From Takakia lepidozioides (lineage: Eukaryota; Plantae; Bryophyta), in assembly GCA_030704615.1 (NCBI GenBank), contig CM060733.1, forward strand, positions 30,070,001-30,134,000: DNA of 64,000 bases, in the 5' to 3' direction. The position numbers were made by a program, and so were the translations under genes. Shown piece by piece: positions 13,958 to 27,729 of the stretch (position 1 is its first letter; every line of letters begins with the position of its first letter). The notes below the pieces were generated by a model. The model searched no databases. It saw nothing but the letters and a program-made list of their open reading frames with translations, and was not told where the DNA came from.

Positions 13958-16032
13958 CAGGTAAAATTCTTACTATGTTTTGATTCTCTTATTCCTTTGT
14001 TTTTAATAATATTTTTGGTAGTCCTCACATGGAATGTACCCATTGATATAACATGTGAAGACGTGGTGAAGGGGTGAGTGTAGTAAGCTTAGACAAAGTC
14101 ACACTGGGCCCGTGTTCAAAAGCTGTGGAGATTCCAAGCCAAGTTTAGTGGAGTAATGTCCAAGAACAAAATTAGGGTACTAGATTAGTGCTTGGGATTA
14201 GTTGATTTTGAAGATGGTTGGTCCAGTCTCCACCCACCTCGGAGGTTGGATTCCTGCAGGCTGGGCCGCCCTCCTGGGCGAGTGGTACTTACCCATGTGC
14301 CTCACTCTCTACAAAGCTGCAGATGTTTGGTCCCACATGAAGTTTACATGCAGCCTGCACACAATTGCTTGCAGAGAACTGTTTTCTACAGAACTTTCTG
14401 TAGAAATGTTGTGCAAGGATACAAATTATACTGTAGAATGTAAATTATACTGTAGAATGTGAATCTCTTCTGAGTCATGTACTATGTACATCTGAAATAT
14501 GTAGTCAGACTGTGGAATTCACATTCATGAGAATTTGATTGGGCATGTAAGAGCTTAAATTTGGCCAGTTGATCTTGGGTTTGCAAGGATTGTTTTGCCA
14601 TTGTGGGTTACCGTTGGCTTTATATAGAGATTGACAATGATGATGACGACAATAGCTGATCACATAATTGCGAATACAGCGGATTGAGCTGTGTCGGTGA
14701 TGGTGATCAGTATGTGTAACATGATAAAGCTCTGTGCAATCAGTCCCAAGCTCCTATCCACCAGGACTACAGCAGTTCCTCCTTCATAGCAACACATTGG
14801 ATTGGCCATGGCAACCATTGTTGTGTTTGTGTGCTCTAGGAACTTGCTGGAAGTGGATGTACATTCCCTTGAGGTTTCTGAGCACCAAAATGACTGGTCA
14901 TTAGTCATCTCAGTGGCTATACAGTATAACTGTCAGTATGTAACTGTTGATTGACAGCTAAATAAAAGATGGGTCAAGAGATGAGGACTGTTTACTACAA
15001 AGATACCACATCATCTCTTTCATGATTCAGATTGTTAGCACAAATCTCCCCTGAACTGAAAGCTCAAACAGTTTGCCATTTCAAAATGCGGTGGTCAGCA
15101 CCCAAAGTCATGCAGAGAGGAATCATCCGTTATAAAATACCGTGACATTAGGGAACTTTTCAACAACATCGCAATCATTCTTGGGCCCATTGTGTAACTA
15201 CACGTTGAATCATGAGAGTGGAAAAGTCTGGCCATCATAAATAAGAGCCGCTTTGCCAACAGGGTTGTGATGATACAAACACAAAGGAGATAGCTCCAAA
15301 CTTAAGAAAGTATCAATGTGAGCCGTCGTTACTCCGTCAACCTTACTTGAAGATGCAAGTTTCTGGTGACATCACAGCCACGGTGGTAGAGTACAGAGTC
15401 ATTTGTTTGTACAAACCTGAAAGATCCTCCATCCAGAAGCCAGATGACCATGCCAGCCACTGTGAAATGTGCGCTCCCCCAAAGGAAACACTTTCCTAAT
15501 TAGAGACTTCTGCTGCAGCATGTATGCTACCATTTAGGTCTGCTTTAGTCAATGGAAAACCAGCTGCAGTTGATAAGCCGGCTAACATAAGAAAGATGCA
15601 GTGTCACAGCAATAGAAAGAAGACAATCTTAATCCAGTTATACAATTCCCTCCACGGTTCTTCATTCCTGCATACATAATGCCAACCAACCACTTCATGG
15701 ATGTCCCTGGACTGCTAGTGTTTGCACATGACAGGTGGCTAGGTGGAAAACTTCATTTGCTAAAAAATCATCCATTACCACTTCAGACACTTGGGAGGAG
15801 AGGTTAATCGACCTTTTTGTTTGAGATTCATTCCCTGTTTACACCCAGAACATCATAACATACACACACAAGTCACAAAAGCTGGGCATGATTGCCAGTA
15901 GTGTATGTGAAGCCATTAACAAAGTTGACAGCTAAGACCTTTCCACCCCTTTGGATGACTGTTAAGGCTATTCATTCAGCACGCCACAATTTTCGACACA
16001 TTTATCGAGCTGGTCGACGTCCCTCTCTCAAC

Positions 16033-19000
16033 TCATTCTTTCTTTGATCCTTCCATGCTAGCTAATGATTTTTCTGCCTTCTCAACGGCAGCTTCCAATT
16101 CTGTTTCTGATGGGAGGAGACCTAAGAAGGGGAGTGGCAGCAGGGACGACACATTGCACAACACCAACAGAAGTGCCAAGTTTTGAAAATTCTGGCTAGT
16201 AACACCCAGCAGCTGGGTGAGTCCAGCGCCAAAGAGCCCGCCTGTCACGCCTGCACCATTACTGATAGACATCAATGTGGCGAACAATGTCGCCTCAACT
16301 CCTGGTGGGCATAGCCTTGCTGCTAGAACCAAAATTGGCATAAATGATACCTGTTCAAACACATCCAGCGATCAATTGTAATTGCTCTAACCTCGTGGCC
16401 AGAACCGAATACTTAGGCGTATTAGAGCACATGGAATGATATGTGATAGAAGACAGGGAGACAGGGAGGAGGGATTTATCATGTCCATGAGAGGCATACA
16501 GGACCCATGGGACAGAGAAACCAACGGAAAGCTTACTTAAGTTAAGATTTCTGTGGACGATGACTATGATGTATGGTTGAGGACATAGCCAGATACAAAC
16601 CTCCCAGGGTGGGTTGTGTGGTATTTGAGCATGGACAACAAGTTACTACAGGTGAGATATGTGCGTGTGGTTCCGATCCCAATCACTACTGTAAATTAAA
16701 GGGAGTGAGGAGGAGAAGGGAGAAAGAGACCTGAAGGAAACAGGAAAACTTAGTGGTCTTGTTCAACTAGGAGAAACCCACTGTTCTGCAGTCCACACAC
16801 ATTAGAGCTAATCTAATCTAATCTAATCTAAGACGAACATGATAACAACTGAAGCGGAGGTGGGAGGGGAGCACCTGGCCTAGTACAGTCAACACAAGTG
16901 AATCTCCCATTGCAAACCACTCATCACTGATGCCCAAGCTCTGATTCATCCCTGTAACAAGTAGTAACTGCACCATGACAACCATAAATGAGTACTTCAA
17001 AGCTCAAGTACTCAGTACAATGGGAAGACACACCTTTTCAGCACATTGAAACCTAAACATATATTGTCGCACCAACCTGAGTAAGGCCCAAAGTGGTGCC
17101 CAATATTGTGCTCCACAAGAACACTTTCCGGAGGGAAGCATTCCTCAAATAGCCATTGTAAACACCAACGCCCACAAGGGATGCCACAGATGTAACCAGC
17201 CGTACACGCCCTAGGAACTCTGGCCCAAACCCCAGCTTGTTTGTCCTGCACCGCAGGATACCATGTAAGCGTGGCACGACTGATAACATACCTAACCACT
17301 TGATACAAATAATACCCTTTCCGCAGTGAGGCAGGATCAAAACCTGAGTTGGGCTGCCCGCTAGCCAGAAATTCTGCCTTTCTCAGACACACACAGTAAG
17401 GCCCCTTCTTAGTTATTCCTAGTCTCATAAAGGTTAGAGGACACAAGGCCACTCACGTGAAGAAAAACATCGCAGTGTCAGATGTCGGAGTTGCTTGCCA
17501 AAGAAAGATAAAAAGTGTGGGTAAAAAGATGTTGGGTTCCTTCACTGTTTCCCATAGGTAGCCCAGCTGTGATTTAGATGTCTCCAAGAACCCAGCTGCC
17601 AGGGGAGTTCTGCCCAACCCTGCTACTTCTGGATCTCGTGCGGCTGCACTGGATGGGGCATAAGAAGGCTCTTCATGGACCAGACCTGCCACTGCTGAGG
17701 TGATGAGAGGCAAGAGAGCTGTTACACCAAACACAAACCTGCACCCACGTTTACTTTGATGTCAGTCTCCAAGTTGCTCAAAACCAGAGACAAAGAGCAT
17801 CACACTTAGGTTGTTTCACTTTTTGACTGTCTGCAGTCTCTCCGCCCTGTGTGTGACCATCTCAAATGCTCCACGCCTGTTCACTTCTGAAAGCCCCCGG
17901 CTTGGTCAGCCTCAGATGCTTGAGACCAATTAGCAGGTTCCTAGAACCTACCTCACACCATAAGTCTCAACCAGGTAGCCACTGAAGTAAGCGCTCACAA
18001 TGCCCCCCGCTGCAGATGACCCCCAGCATAGAGACTGGAGGGATCCAGCTGTGCCCTGTGACTCACCCCGCGCTCTCTCTACCACCATTGAGTCCACCAC
18101 CTACGTGCGACCACACAGCTCCTTGAACAAAGAATGTTTCCAAAATTCAAAACAACCCAAAATCAAGTTACCAAGGTTGCTTGCAGGACCCTATTGCTGC
18201 AAGTCACTACACAGAAGAATTTGCCCACCAGATTTGAAAAAAGGTCTGGTGAATAAAGTAACCCCTTAAGTATGCTAGTGCAGGTATCACCACAAAAATG
18301 TAGCACCCAAAGACTTCTCTGCTGTTGCTTGGGATCAATCCATACCAGGTGGACCCAGAGAAAACCTGTACAAAGGAAGCTAAGGACTTCAAATTAAAAA
18401 ACACTAGCTATGAGTTGCTGAAGGGGCCACTTACAACATCAGAAAAGGCAACAGATAAAGAGCCCAGAAGAATCATGATGACAGCAGTATACTTATTGCC
18501 CACAAGGGTGGCCAGTGCAAGCCAGGACGCTGTTCCCAGCAGGCCACAGAGCACCAGATATGACCTCCTACGATAGCCAAACAAGGGCACCCCATCACTG
18601 CATCACACAACTTAAAGGTCAGTAGACACACACATTACCCAGTCACAGTGGCTAGATTTCTGGCACAAGGTGCTAAAATTTCCACAGAGCACAACCAACT
18701 GCTGACAAAATTCATGGTCTGTAGTGAGATTTTAGAGTACTTATATGATACCTGAGAAAGCGTAAACTTCAGAAACTTTACCTGATGAAACCATAGAGGG
18801 GTTTGATAAGCCAGGGGAGTGCAGAGAAGCCTGCTAGAAGTGCTGTCTGCATTGCCCACCATCAGAGGAAGCACCTTTATACTTTTTACATTGTTAAGTT
18901 GTGCGCACCAGGAAGGAAATCTCCTACATTTCCCAATGGGTGGAAAAGATTAATAGTGGCATTCAGCATCCCACAACACTCGTGAATTCAAACTCCTTAT

Positions 19001-20102
19001 AGAAACCCACGTGCTTCTATTAACAACTCCTAGGATCCTCAAAGGTGATTCCCTGCCACCATGCTCTTCAAGACCACTGACTAGCACAAGTTTACTAGCA
19101 AGTGCACTGCATCAGATTGGATGCCAGGAGATAGAATGCCCCTAACCTCTGCAGGGTCAAGATGGAGGTCGTCCTTGAGAAAGAAGTTAACAGCTAATCG
19201 AGAAAGCCCTAGAATGCCTTGAACAAAATACACCATGGCAATTGCTATGGTATCTGGTGACATTTCAACACCAAACAGCTCATATCGTTTTTTCTTCTTT
19301 GAAGGACCTCCCCTTTCCTCCACAATGTAACCTTCTTCTTCATCATTTTCAAGGAATTGTTGGCTTTCCGAACCTGTGAAGGACAAATGAGCAATAATCA
19401 GAACAACAGTGTCTGTTTGAGACACATGCTTTCCAGAGTACTTTCACAATCAGTTTCCAAAGGCATGAGTCAAATTGGGACAAATAACAACAGTCTAAAC
19501 CTCTATTTCTCCTGTAAGTTGCTAAACTTCTGCTATTTAAGGTAATCAAGGCAAACAGACTTCAATCAGGGCTTGTGCAGCCCTAACCCAGTACGACTGA
19601 CCTAAATGGCATCCAGGCCCCTAGCAAAGGGTAAGGTGGGCAAACATCTCTGACCTTCCAAAGTGCCTCACAAGAGAAATGTCTCACAGTAATGAGAGGA
19701 CACAAAAACTGATAGATTTTATGAACTGTTGGACAGCCATGGACATAAGTTGATGCCCGGGAGATTGCAACTTTTCAACCTTTCAACCGTAGGCCACACT
19801 GTATCACATGAATGTTCATACAATTCCTTCAATTGGTGACAACTACAGCAAAGCCAGAGATTTTTCTGGAACTACGGACACACAAGTCTAGAAACCTCGA
19901 TACCCAAGTTCTCCCGGGCAGGGACTGGCCGATACACATTCTGTTCCAGTGCAGGAATTCCAGCTCTTCGCCCCATCAATCTCTCTGTTCCTTCGTCCTT
20001 CATTTTTGCAGAGTCTCTTCCCTCCCGGCCATTCATAGATCCCACGACCAGCAATGCATGTCTCTGTGGTGTAGACAAAAAAATTCTCGGAAAACTAGAC
20101 AA
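16033..20102 (-). CDS. Folate-biopterin transporter 1-like, probably plastid (BT1/FBT family, MFS); multi-exon, start codon not resolved
   Basis: Exons encode [88 protein letters not shown] and [29 protein letters not shown], all characteristic of FBT family transporters. Confidence 0.93.
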
Positions 20103-22046
20103 TTGCTCTCCAATTTTGATGAAATACCTTTCGTCTTCTTCCCAGCTGCCAGGTTCTCCTGGATAGAGAGAGGACTTTCCAAATAAGCAAATAATGCCAG
20201 GTGTGTTGGAAAGGGTAGTAAATCTACATTCAGAGAGGGTGTACAGTTATGAGTGCATATGTGTGGGTGAGTGAGAGAAGGACAAGAAGGGATTGTGTAC
20301 TACTCAGGCACTGTGTTCACTTGGCACCATCATGTTAAACCACTCAAAACAGCACATACACATTGTAGGGTACCCAGAAAAGCAAGAGAGAGAGTGAGAA
20401 AGATGACGCCGCATTTAAAAGCCTCTCCCCTTGTCGGGGTTACCCAGAAATGAGAAGTCAGCTGCGGTGGACTCAGTTGGTCGCTTCAACAAGGACTTTT
20501 CTTTCTCATGCTTTATACCATGTTAGCCATTGTCCATACTTGGTACCTTTGGGTTGCTTTTTCTAGCAATTGACCTCATTAGACTCTGTTAACATTTATG
20601 TGCCTTGGACAGGCAGCCCACCCAGCTACTCGAACATAAAGACCTCCAGGTGTGTGTGTGTGTGTATACGTTGTGTTTTTGAAATCCATCATCACAAGGA
20701 TTGGAAGAATTCGGCGTTTTTTAGCCCTGGGTGATAACAGATTTTGACCTAACAAACGTTTGGACATATGCTAATCTATCAATAAATGTCTGTGGGCAAG
20801 GTCCCTAGCCCACCGATGAGGTGAGCTTGCAAATTGTCTCCACTGGTACCACAGGAGAAGCAGCACCATCAATGACCCTTCATGGAGCTTCTCAGAGAAA
20901 TTTTGGACCCCTAAGGCAGCACAACCACAAACTCCACAGATTCAGCTTCTGACTGCCCAAGCCATGTAACACAGTAGAGTGGAAATTCACAGCTTGTTCC
21001 TGTACTGCAGTGTGGCAGCTTCATAGGACTCGGCGCCATGGAGCTCAGCATCGGAAACAGAAATCATCGCTTCAAAACCCAGAAAAATTCGACATGTGAG
21101 AAATCAAATTGGGCACAAAGGACACGATCCAGTACCTACAACTCGCCGGCGGATACTTGGCAGTCCACTTCTTCCGCGCGATTTTCTTACGCGTTGGACC
21201 TTGCACCCCGGGATCGGCCGTTGAAGTGTACAGCGACGTGACTTCGGATAGTGAGAATCATTACGCGATTTCGTTAAGGAATTTAAACAGGTTTGACAAG
21301 TGCTCAAATCCAGCGCTTGGAAAGTAGACTTGGGAGATGATGAGGTGCAGACGGTGTAGTGTATACACGCAGGGAAGGTGGAAAGAGTAGACGCCATGAA
21401 CATCTAGCGATTGCAACATGCAGCACAAATCTGCCGGTGATTTAGAAACGAACCACGACCCATCTCAAACCTCTCCCCAATTTTCACAGTTCCACCGTCT
21501 GCCATGCCGAACTCAGATGCTCCATAACTTTTCCAACTCCTACCGCTGACCCCCTCCTACACACAGCTACCAGTGGGCAGATGCTACGATGAATTGTGTG
21601 AGGGAAACAAATACAGACATGCACTGTGACGCTGACCCTCTACATCATTCAAAATAAAAAACATGAGAGAATCTAGCGAAACAAGCTTTCTGGCTTGTAA
21701 TATCGAAATGCCCATACTCCCCATCAGATTGCCGAGGGAAGCAGTTCCTGCCCACGTGTTGTGTCTTATACCTCCGAAGACCTTTGCATCCACAACATTT
21801 TTTCCTCGATGCGACAGATCTTCCCGTCCAGAGAATATTCCGTAGAGGCATCATAGATACCCTAGAACGTTAACCAAAAAAATCAAAAATTGATATACTC
21901 ATAATACACACAAATGATACATATGTAATCTCAACTGGGGAACAAGGCATCTGCACAAAGATACTGAAAAATACCGCAGTAGTTGACAGTGTTACTTGCT
22001 AAGTACTCCACAAGAGCGTCATACAATCACATTCCATACGATTTTG

Positions 22047-22845
22047 CTACAAGTCATCATCCTCTCGGGGGAAGGGACGAGTTGCAGGCTGCGTATCCAG
22101 ATAATCAAGAGGGTTTTTGGGGCTATAGATAAGGATTTCTGAGTCTGCGGGCATGTATGGCGTCGCCCCGACCAAATAAGGGGTTTCAATTGGCTCGTCC
22201 TCTTCTGAGGTCACTTCCTCTGGGTCTTCCATTGCTGGAGTACCAGTAGTTCCATCCAAAACCCTGAAGATGTGAACCATAAGTGTGTAGTTTGTGCTGT
22301 TGATCAGCTCAAAAACACACACATCCGCCTGCTCCAGTCTATGTTCGATGGAAAACTTTCTCCAGCCCCCACTAAATGAACCACCGGAGGCCTTCATATC
22401 GTTTATAAACATCACCGGGTAGTTGCTTCCATCCACATCTCGCAATGTCATCTCAGTCCGGGTTGATGGCAAGAACTCTCTGACAAACTTTGTCGGTAGT
22501 CTCTGCACACATCACATCAATGTTACCTGAAGATTTAATTATACGAACAGTTCAAAATAAAGAACAGATCAAACGTCCAATCGAGTTGGAGATTGAGGCT
22601 TAACTTACCATCAAGAAACTGGTGTAGACAGAAGAGCAGTTCATCGCAACCAGTGTGTTGGGATTGGTGAGGCCCAATGAATGCAAATATGCCTTGTTAG
22701 AAGCCCTCTTCGTCTCAAGCTGTGTCACAGGCCTCCGATTAGAAGTAAAAGTACCTTGGCTACCTCTCGTTGGTGGAGGGAAAAAGTACTGCTGATCTTG
22801 AACTCCCTCCATCTGGGATGCTGCAGGTGTTGAGGACGTAGCCAT
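22047..22845 (-). CDS. Single-B3-domain protein, paralog of the 868-4020 gene; exons 22845-22609 and 22502-22047
   Basis: The translation SNRRPVT..LTNPNTLVAM..VYTSFLM|RLPTKFVREFLP..GGWRKFSIEHRLEQADVCVFEL..VHIFRV aligns with the second B3 domain of the first gene, with the same phase-0 intron position. Confidence 0.85.
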
Positions 22846-23035
22846 GTCACTCCCTGAGTGCTCTAACAGCAGAACATACAACTGTAAGTAAGCAAATGCC
22901 AGAATCGCATGTCTAGAAGAGCAAAGGGCATACTTATACATATGGAAAGCATCAACCTCGGGTGGATCAGGAGGGCATTTCTCCTCGGTGGCATAGAACT
23001 GCCTCGGGTGGATCAAGGCCAGACTAAGGCTAGAC

Positions 23036-23207
23036 GAGGAGACCAAGAGAGTCTCGGTAGTCTAACTTCTATTAAGAGAGAGTCTCGGCAGTCTAAGCAG
23101 GTTCTACTGGATGATGCGGATGAGGAGACCAACAGAGTCTCGGTAGTCTAAAAAACTTCAATTAAGAGAGAGTCTCGGCAGTCGAAGCAGGTTCTACTGG
23201 ATGAAGC
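23036..23207. repeat. ~86-bp tandem duplication upstream of the single-B3 gene
   Basis: gaggagaccaa.agagtctcggtagtcta...attaagagagagtctcggcagtc.aagcaggttctactggatga occurs at 23036 and 23122. Confidence 0.9.
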
Positions 23208-24145
23208 CTACTCTCTGAGAGAGAGCTGCTTCGCTTGGATCAAGGGCCGGACCAACAGATCAGTAGTTTCCCATGCAGTTGACTGCACTTTGATTCCATG
23301 AAGCATAAATTAGTATAGATGATCCAGCTAGTTAGTTTCCATGTTGATCATAACAACTCTGGCCAATTCTTGGCATCAGACTTGAACATACCTTAGAACT
23401 AGGTAATCTACTATTTGAAACTGAGCTGAGTTAACCACAGAGACCCAGTATGGTCGCCAATGTAGAACGGATTTCTCGCCTAAACTCATGGTTTCAATTG
23501 TATACTAAATTTCCTAAGTGATCGAAAAGTCCCTATATACTATTAATCTTAGGTTTGTGTTGTCTATGAGAGTTCAATATTTCAGATCTGGAGGAGATCA
23601 GAGCAATGAAGCTGCGACCATGCTGATGAGTTTATCAAACAGCTAGTGATGCGGGAGCATTTCGGTTTCCATGAGAATCTGGTATTTAGAATCTGTGTAA
23701 AGCCTGTCCACCACCTTTCTGGCCTAGCAACTCAAGTATTGTCTTCGATTCCATCTCAATGGTAATCTCACATGCTATTAGAAACTATTGGGATTACATT
23801 ACATTAAAGAACACAATTTAACGACTGGATTGAGCGAAAACAAGGGTGCGGGGTTGGTCAATGAAGATCTATGGCATGTGTTTCTTTGTGATAAAGAGGC
23901 TTTTCTTGGGGATATCGCAGGGATGTCGTCTCTGGAGAAACAAAGAACACCGAGAAGGATAGGATCGACTGCAAGAGTAGTGCATAGGTCAATGTAGTTT
24001 AAATACTTCCATAAAATAGGGAATATTGTATTATATGTAACTTGTTTTCATAGCCAACTTGTTTTTTAACTATTTGAAACACAGCATAATTAAATAATAA
24101 TAATAATAATAATATAAAAAATCCACCGCAGTACATGGGCATTTG

Positions 24146-24265
24146 GGCCTCGGGTTCAATCCCCTGTGTTGCAGCTCTGTCCCCTGTATGGTTACATTTC
24201 CCCCTGATGGCCGGGGGAGCTGTGGCTCGAGTAATTTCCTTGGAAAGAAAAATTAAAAATTAAAA
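24146..24265 (+). mobile_element. Possible tRNA-derived SINE fragment
   Basis: A B-box-like GGGTTCAATCCC is followed by a ~90-bp body and an A-rich tail (aaagaaaaattaaaaatt). No clear A box or TSD is visible. Confidence 0.3.
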
Positions 24266-24957
24266 TCATTATTTTTTCCTTACTTTAATAAAATTTCCAG
24301 GGCCACTGTCCGCTGTTCTCTAAAAAAAAAAAAAAACGAAGAGTAGAAGAACTATAAGCATTAGGATGTGCCGCGACAGTCCAAGTCAGTTTTGTTTCCT
24401 CACCAACCTATCATATCTGAAGAACAGTCGTCAGTCAATCATATACTTGAAGTGATGTGAAAACAGATGCATGCACTGAAGTCGTTTCTTGAAGGGGGGA
24501 AGTGTTTGAAAATGTACAGGCAAGCATTGTTAATATGTTACAAATGTATGTACATGTCGGATCCATAAGTCCGATTGTTCGCAGCACAGAAGCTGTTCAG
24601 CCCTGAATTGACCTAACCTTCAACAGATCCATTTGTCATGGTATGCTATAACCAGGCTGATCGCGGGTGGGCTCAATCCTGCAATGTTCCAATCATCCTC
24701 TTCTGGGGCTCTGCGTGCAGCAGTAGCCTCTGTAAATTCGTTTTGACCGTTTATCCTTTTGGATCATAAATTATGGTGGCTCGATATGCATCGAAATCAC
24801 ATTTTTCCCAATGAGGGAAATGCTATGCCTATCTAGAATGATGTGGGCAAGAGGGCCCGTGTAAATAAGAGCCTCAGAAGGCGACTCTTACACTCATCTT
24901 GAGGGAAGGGCCTCCTCTAATCTAGCAATTCTGCAAGTATTCAGTGGGAACTTGTGC

Positions 24958-27729
24958 TCAGTGCTGTTCGCTCCTTGGTCGCCAGCAGGTACGCCCTCGG
25001 ACGATTTCGGCATTCTCTCCCTGAGTGCGAAGTAAATGAGTAAACTGGCTACAAGTCCCCACCGCCATTCCAGACCTTTCGAGCTCGGACGTGAAAGTTT
25101 CGTTTGCGTGACTTCCTTTCATGTTCAAATGCTCTCCAGTGCTAGCATTTCCGTTTGTGTTAGCATCCGCAGTTTGTGGCGCAGTGTCTGTTGCCTCGGG
25201 TCTTGTGAGGGACTCCACAACATCAGAGCTGGTGCATTCCCGTCGATATTCCAGAGTTAGGCTAGTCAGCTCGTGAGTCTCAAACTTTCCTGGTGGAACA
25301 CTCTGCAACATTAACCCCGTTGGAACTTTAGCATCTTGACATACCTATCATCTTTGGGACCAGTGAAAGACCAAATCCAAGGACGAATTATACCTCGTGG
25401 ACTCGTTAATTCCAGGAGATTTCTTTTGTTCGTGAATAAATCCAAGACGAATTATACTACACAACTTCCTCCTCGTGGACTTGTGAATTGCAGGAGATTT
25501 CTTTTTTTCGTGAATTGTACCTGTAGTACCCAGCTGATGTACTTGAGGTTGCTCACATGCTGATTTACGTCCAGATCTCCTCTGCTAGACTGCAGCCCAA
25601 CAAATGCACCATAAGAGCCGTGTTCAAAGTACATAGGCACAAATATTTGCCTAGTCTAAAGAGATGGCCGTCTAAATATCACCATGCGATCGAGTTCAAA
25701 GTCAGTTCAGCTAGAAAGGCAAGGACAGTTCCGTGAGTTTTGAGTGTCTATCAATGATAGGCTATGATGCTCCCAGTGTTATGACAACTTACAGTGAGGT
25801 TAGAGCTTGTGAAGTCGGCGGTGTCGTCAGTCAGTTTGACAATCTTCGGGCAAATTTGGGACGGAGGAAAAGCCGAGCGGTTTTCAATGAAGCATGGTTC
25901 AATCTCGGCTCTAACTTCGTCAGGAATCTTGGAGAGGCGTCGGGTGTCTTCGTTCATCATCACCCATGTGCTGCACAATCCATTACCAAACAGCCAAATA
26001 TGAGTCGAGATCAAATTAATAAGCTATACAGCTTGAATCACATTTAAACAATCCCAGTTAACAAACGTTTATATACATATGACAATTTCGTTTGAATCCA
26101 CTTCATATTCTGAAGTAGCTGAGTTGTTTACACTTGCAAACTTGTAGAAAGAATTAAAGAACCGCGTTGAAGGCAGAATATCTAGATAAAATTCACTTGG
26201 TAATTATAGATTATGGGTCAACGTGAACCATCTACAGTATACGAGCATCAGATCCGTGATGATGTACCTGGTTGCACGAGCGAGGACCTCGCCAGCTTGA
26301 TAGCTCCGCATCACCCAGTCGCGTCGCATACCATTCTTGCCAGCGCTCGTAACCCAAGTGTCTATCTCCACTACTTCAGGCCTGCACAACAAACATATAG
26401 TGGCAGAAAGCTTAGCTCACATTTCCAAGTCACTCCTTCTCATGTATACGGTAAATCAAGCTGCAACAGCGCAATATCCAGAGGCGGGTCCAACCATACG
26501 GGGTCGGGCTGCATGCTGCACTCCTTCCATCGGTATGCCACTATCCACCAAACCTACCGCCGCACAGCACATCTTGACCGTGGCCGACAAGTGGGTGAAG
26601 TGGTCCATTCATGGCGAACTCCAGGATAGAGCCAATCATGCTTCATGCAAAACAAATTTAAGCTTACCAGGCAGGGTACCGCTCGACTTCCACATGCATT
26701 TTTGTCACCACCCAGATTAGCCGGCAACGATTCATGGCGCGTGTTGCTCCAAAGCCGTCCCCGCTAATACCTAACAGCGACACGTGACAAAGTGCCATTT
26801 CCTGCAGATCAACGCTACCACTATAAGCCACTTTGATCCCTTTCTATGAACTTTGACAGGGTGATTTTGTGATCCGAATCAAATGCTTGCACATGCAGAG
26901 ATTTTCTATCCTTCATATAGTACTAGTTCAGAAGCTCTTGAGACTTTCAAAATTATGAATTGGTGACTGTATGCAGTCTAGATGTTTGGGAGGTGTATCA
27001 CGGTCAAGAGTTTCCTGGGCGAATTACACGCACTAAGCCGTCAGAGTGACCCACATTGTGGAAGTGTAACTCAGACCTGTGTAAGTACAATGTGAAAATT
27101 AAGCCTGGCCTACCTAGTACACCATCGAAACGCTCTCTCTACATGTCAGGAAGAACGAGCACGGAGAATTTATCACTCACTTGAAATAGCCTAAACAAAG
27201 TATCAATCGACGTTGCCTTGTCTGCGCCCACTTCATAAGACCGAATTACAAATATCTGTCTGTACATCAAGCAATCCTCCACAAAACCTCCTTGGCGCAG
27301 TTTATGCAAGGGGATCATCTCTTTTCTTCTTCTCTCCGCTTCCTCCAAGCTTCTTGACCTCTGGAGCTTGGCGCCTTGATATGTGAGAAGTTCCTGCCCC
27401 AAGGTGCCCGAGAACCCTGAAGACCGTCCTGCATGAGAAGGAGAACTGCTCGATGTACCGAACTTACCCGTGGAGCTTCCAGCGGAAGTCAGGTTATCGG
27501 CAAGCTTTCCAAATTCCCACAAGGAATTTTCATTCAGCTCTGACGTAGGTTCCAATAGAGTTGCATGGATGCTTTGAGGTTTTTTGTTGGAGGAGAATGA
27601 CGATATCGATGCGGGTGTCCCCGAAAATGTCAGCGAATGTTGCACTTCTGAGGAAGATAACTTCCTCACTGGTGTTATTAGTCCAGGAAGGGATTTCCAC
27701 GAAGCCATTGAGCTCAATAGAGCCTCCAT
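24958..27729 (-). CDS. FATB: Acyl-ACP thioesterase, FatB-like; exons 27729-27181, 26801-26668, 26381-26268, 25970-25793, 25589-25521, 25302-24958
   Basis: A Ser-rich transit-like N-terminus is followed by YRQIFVIRSYEVGADK, DGFGAT, LIWVV, GKNGMRRDW, TRRLSKIPDEVRAEIEP and the catalytic motifs DLDVNQHV and LEYRREC. All junctions are GT-AG and in frame. Confidence 0.93.

Noticed and set aside
25393-25515. ~45-bp duplication in a thioesterase intron, plus short microsatellites near 1945, 4881, 20650 and 24092
   Set aside because: These are ordinary local duplication or slippage with no sign of function.
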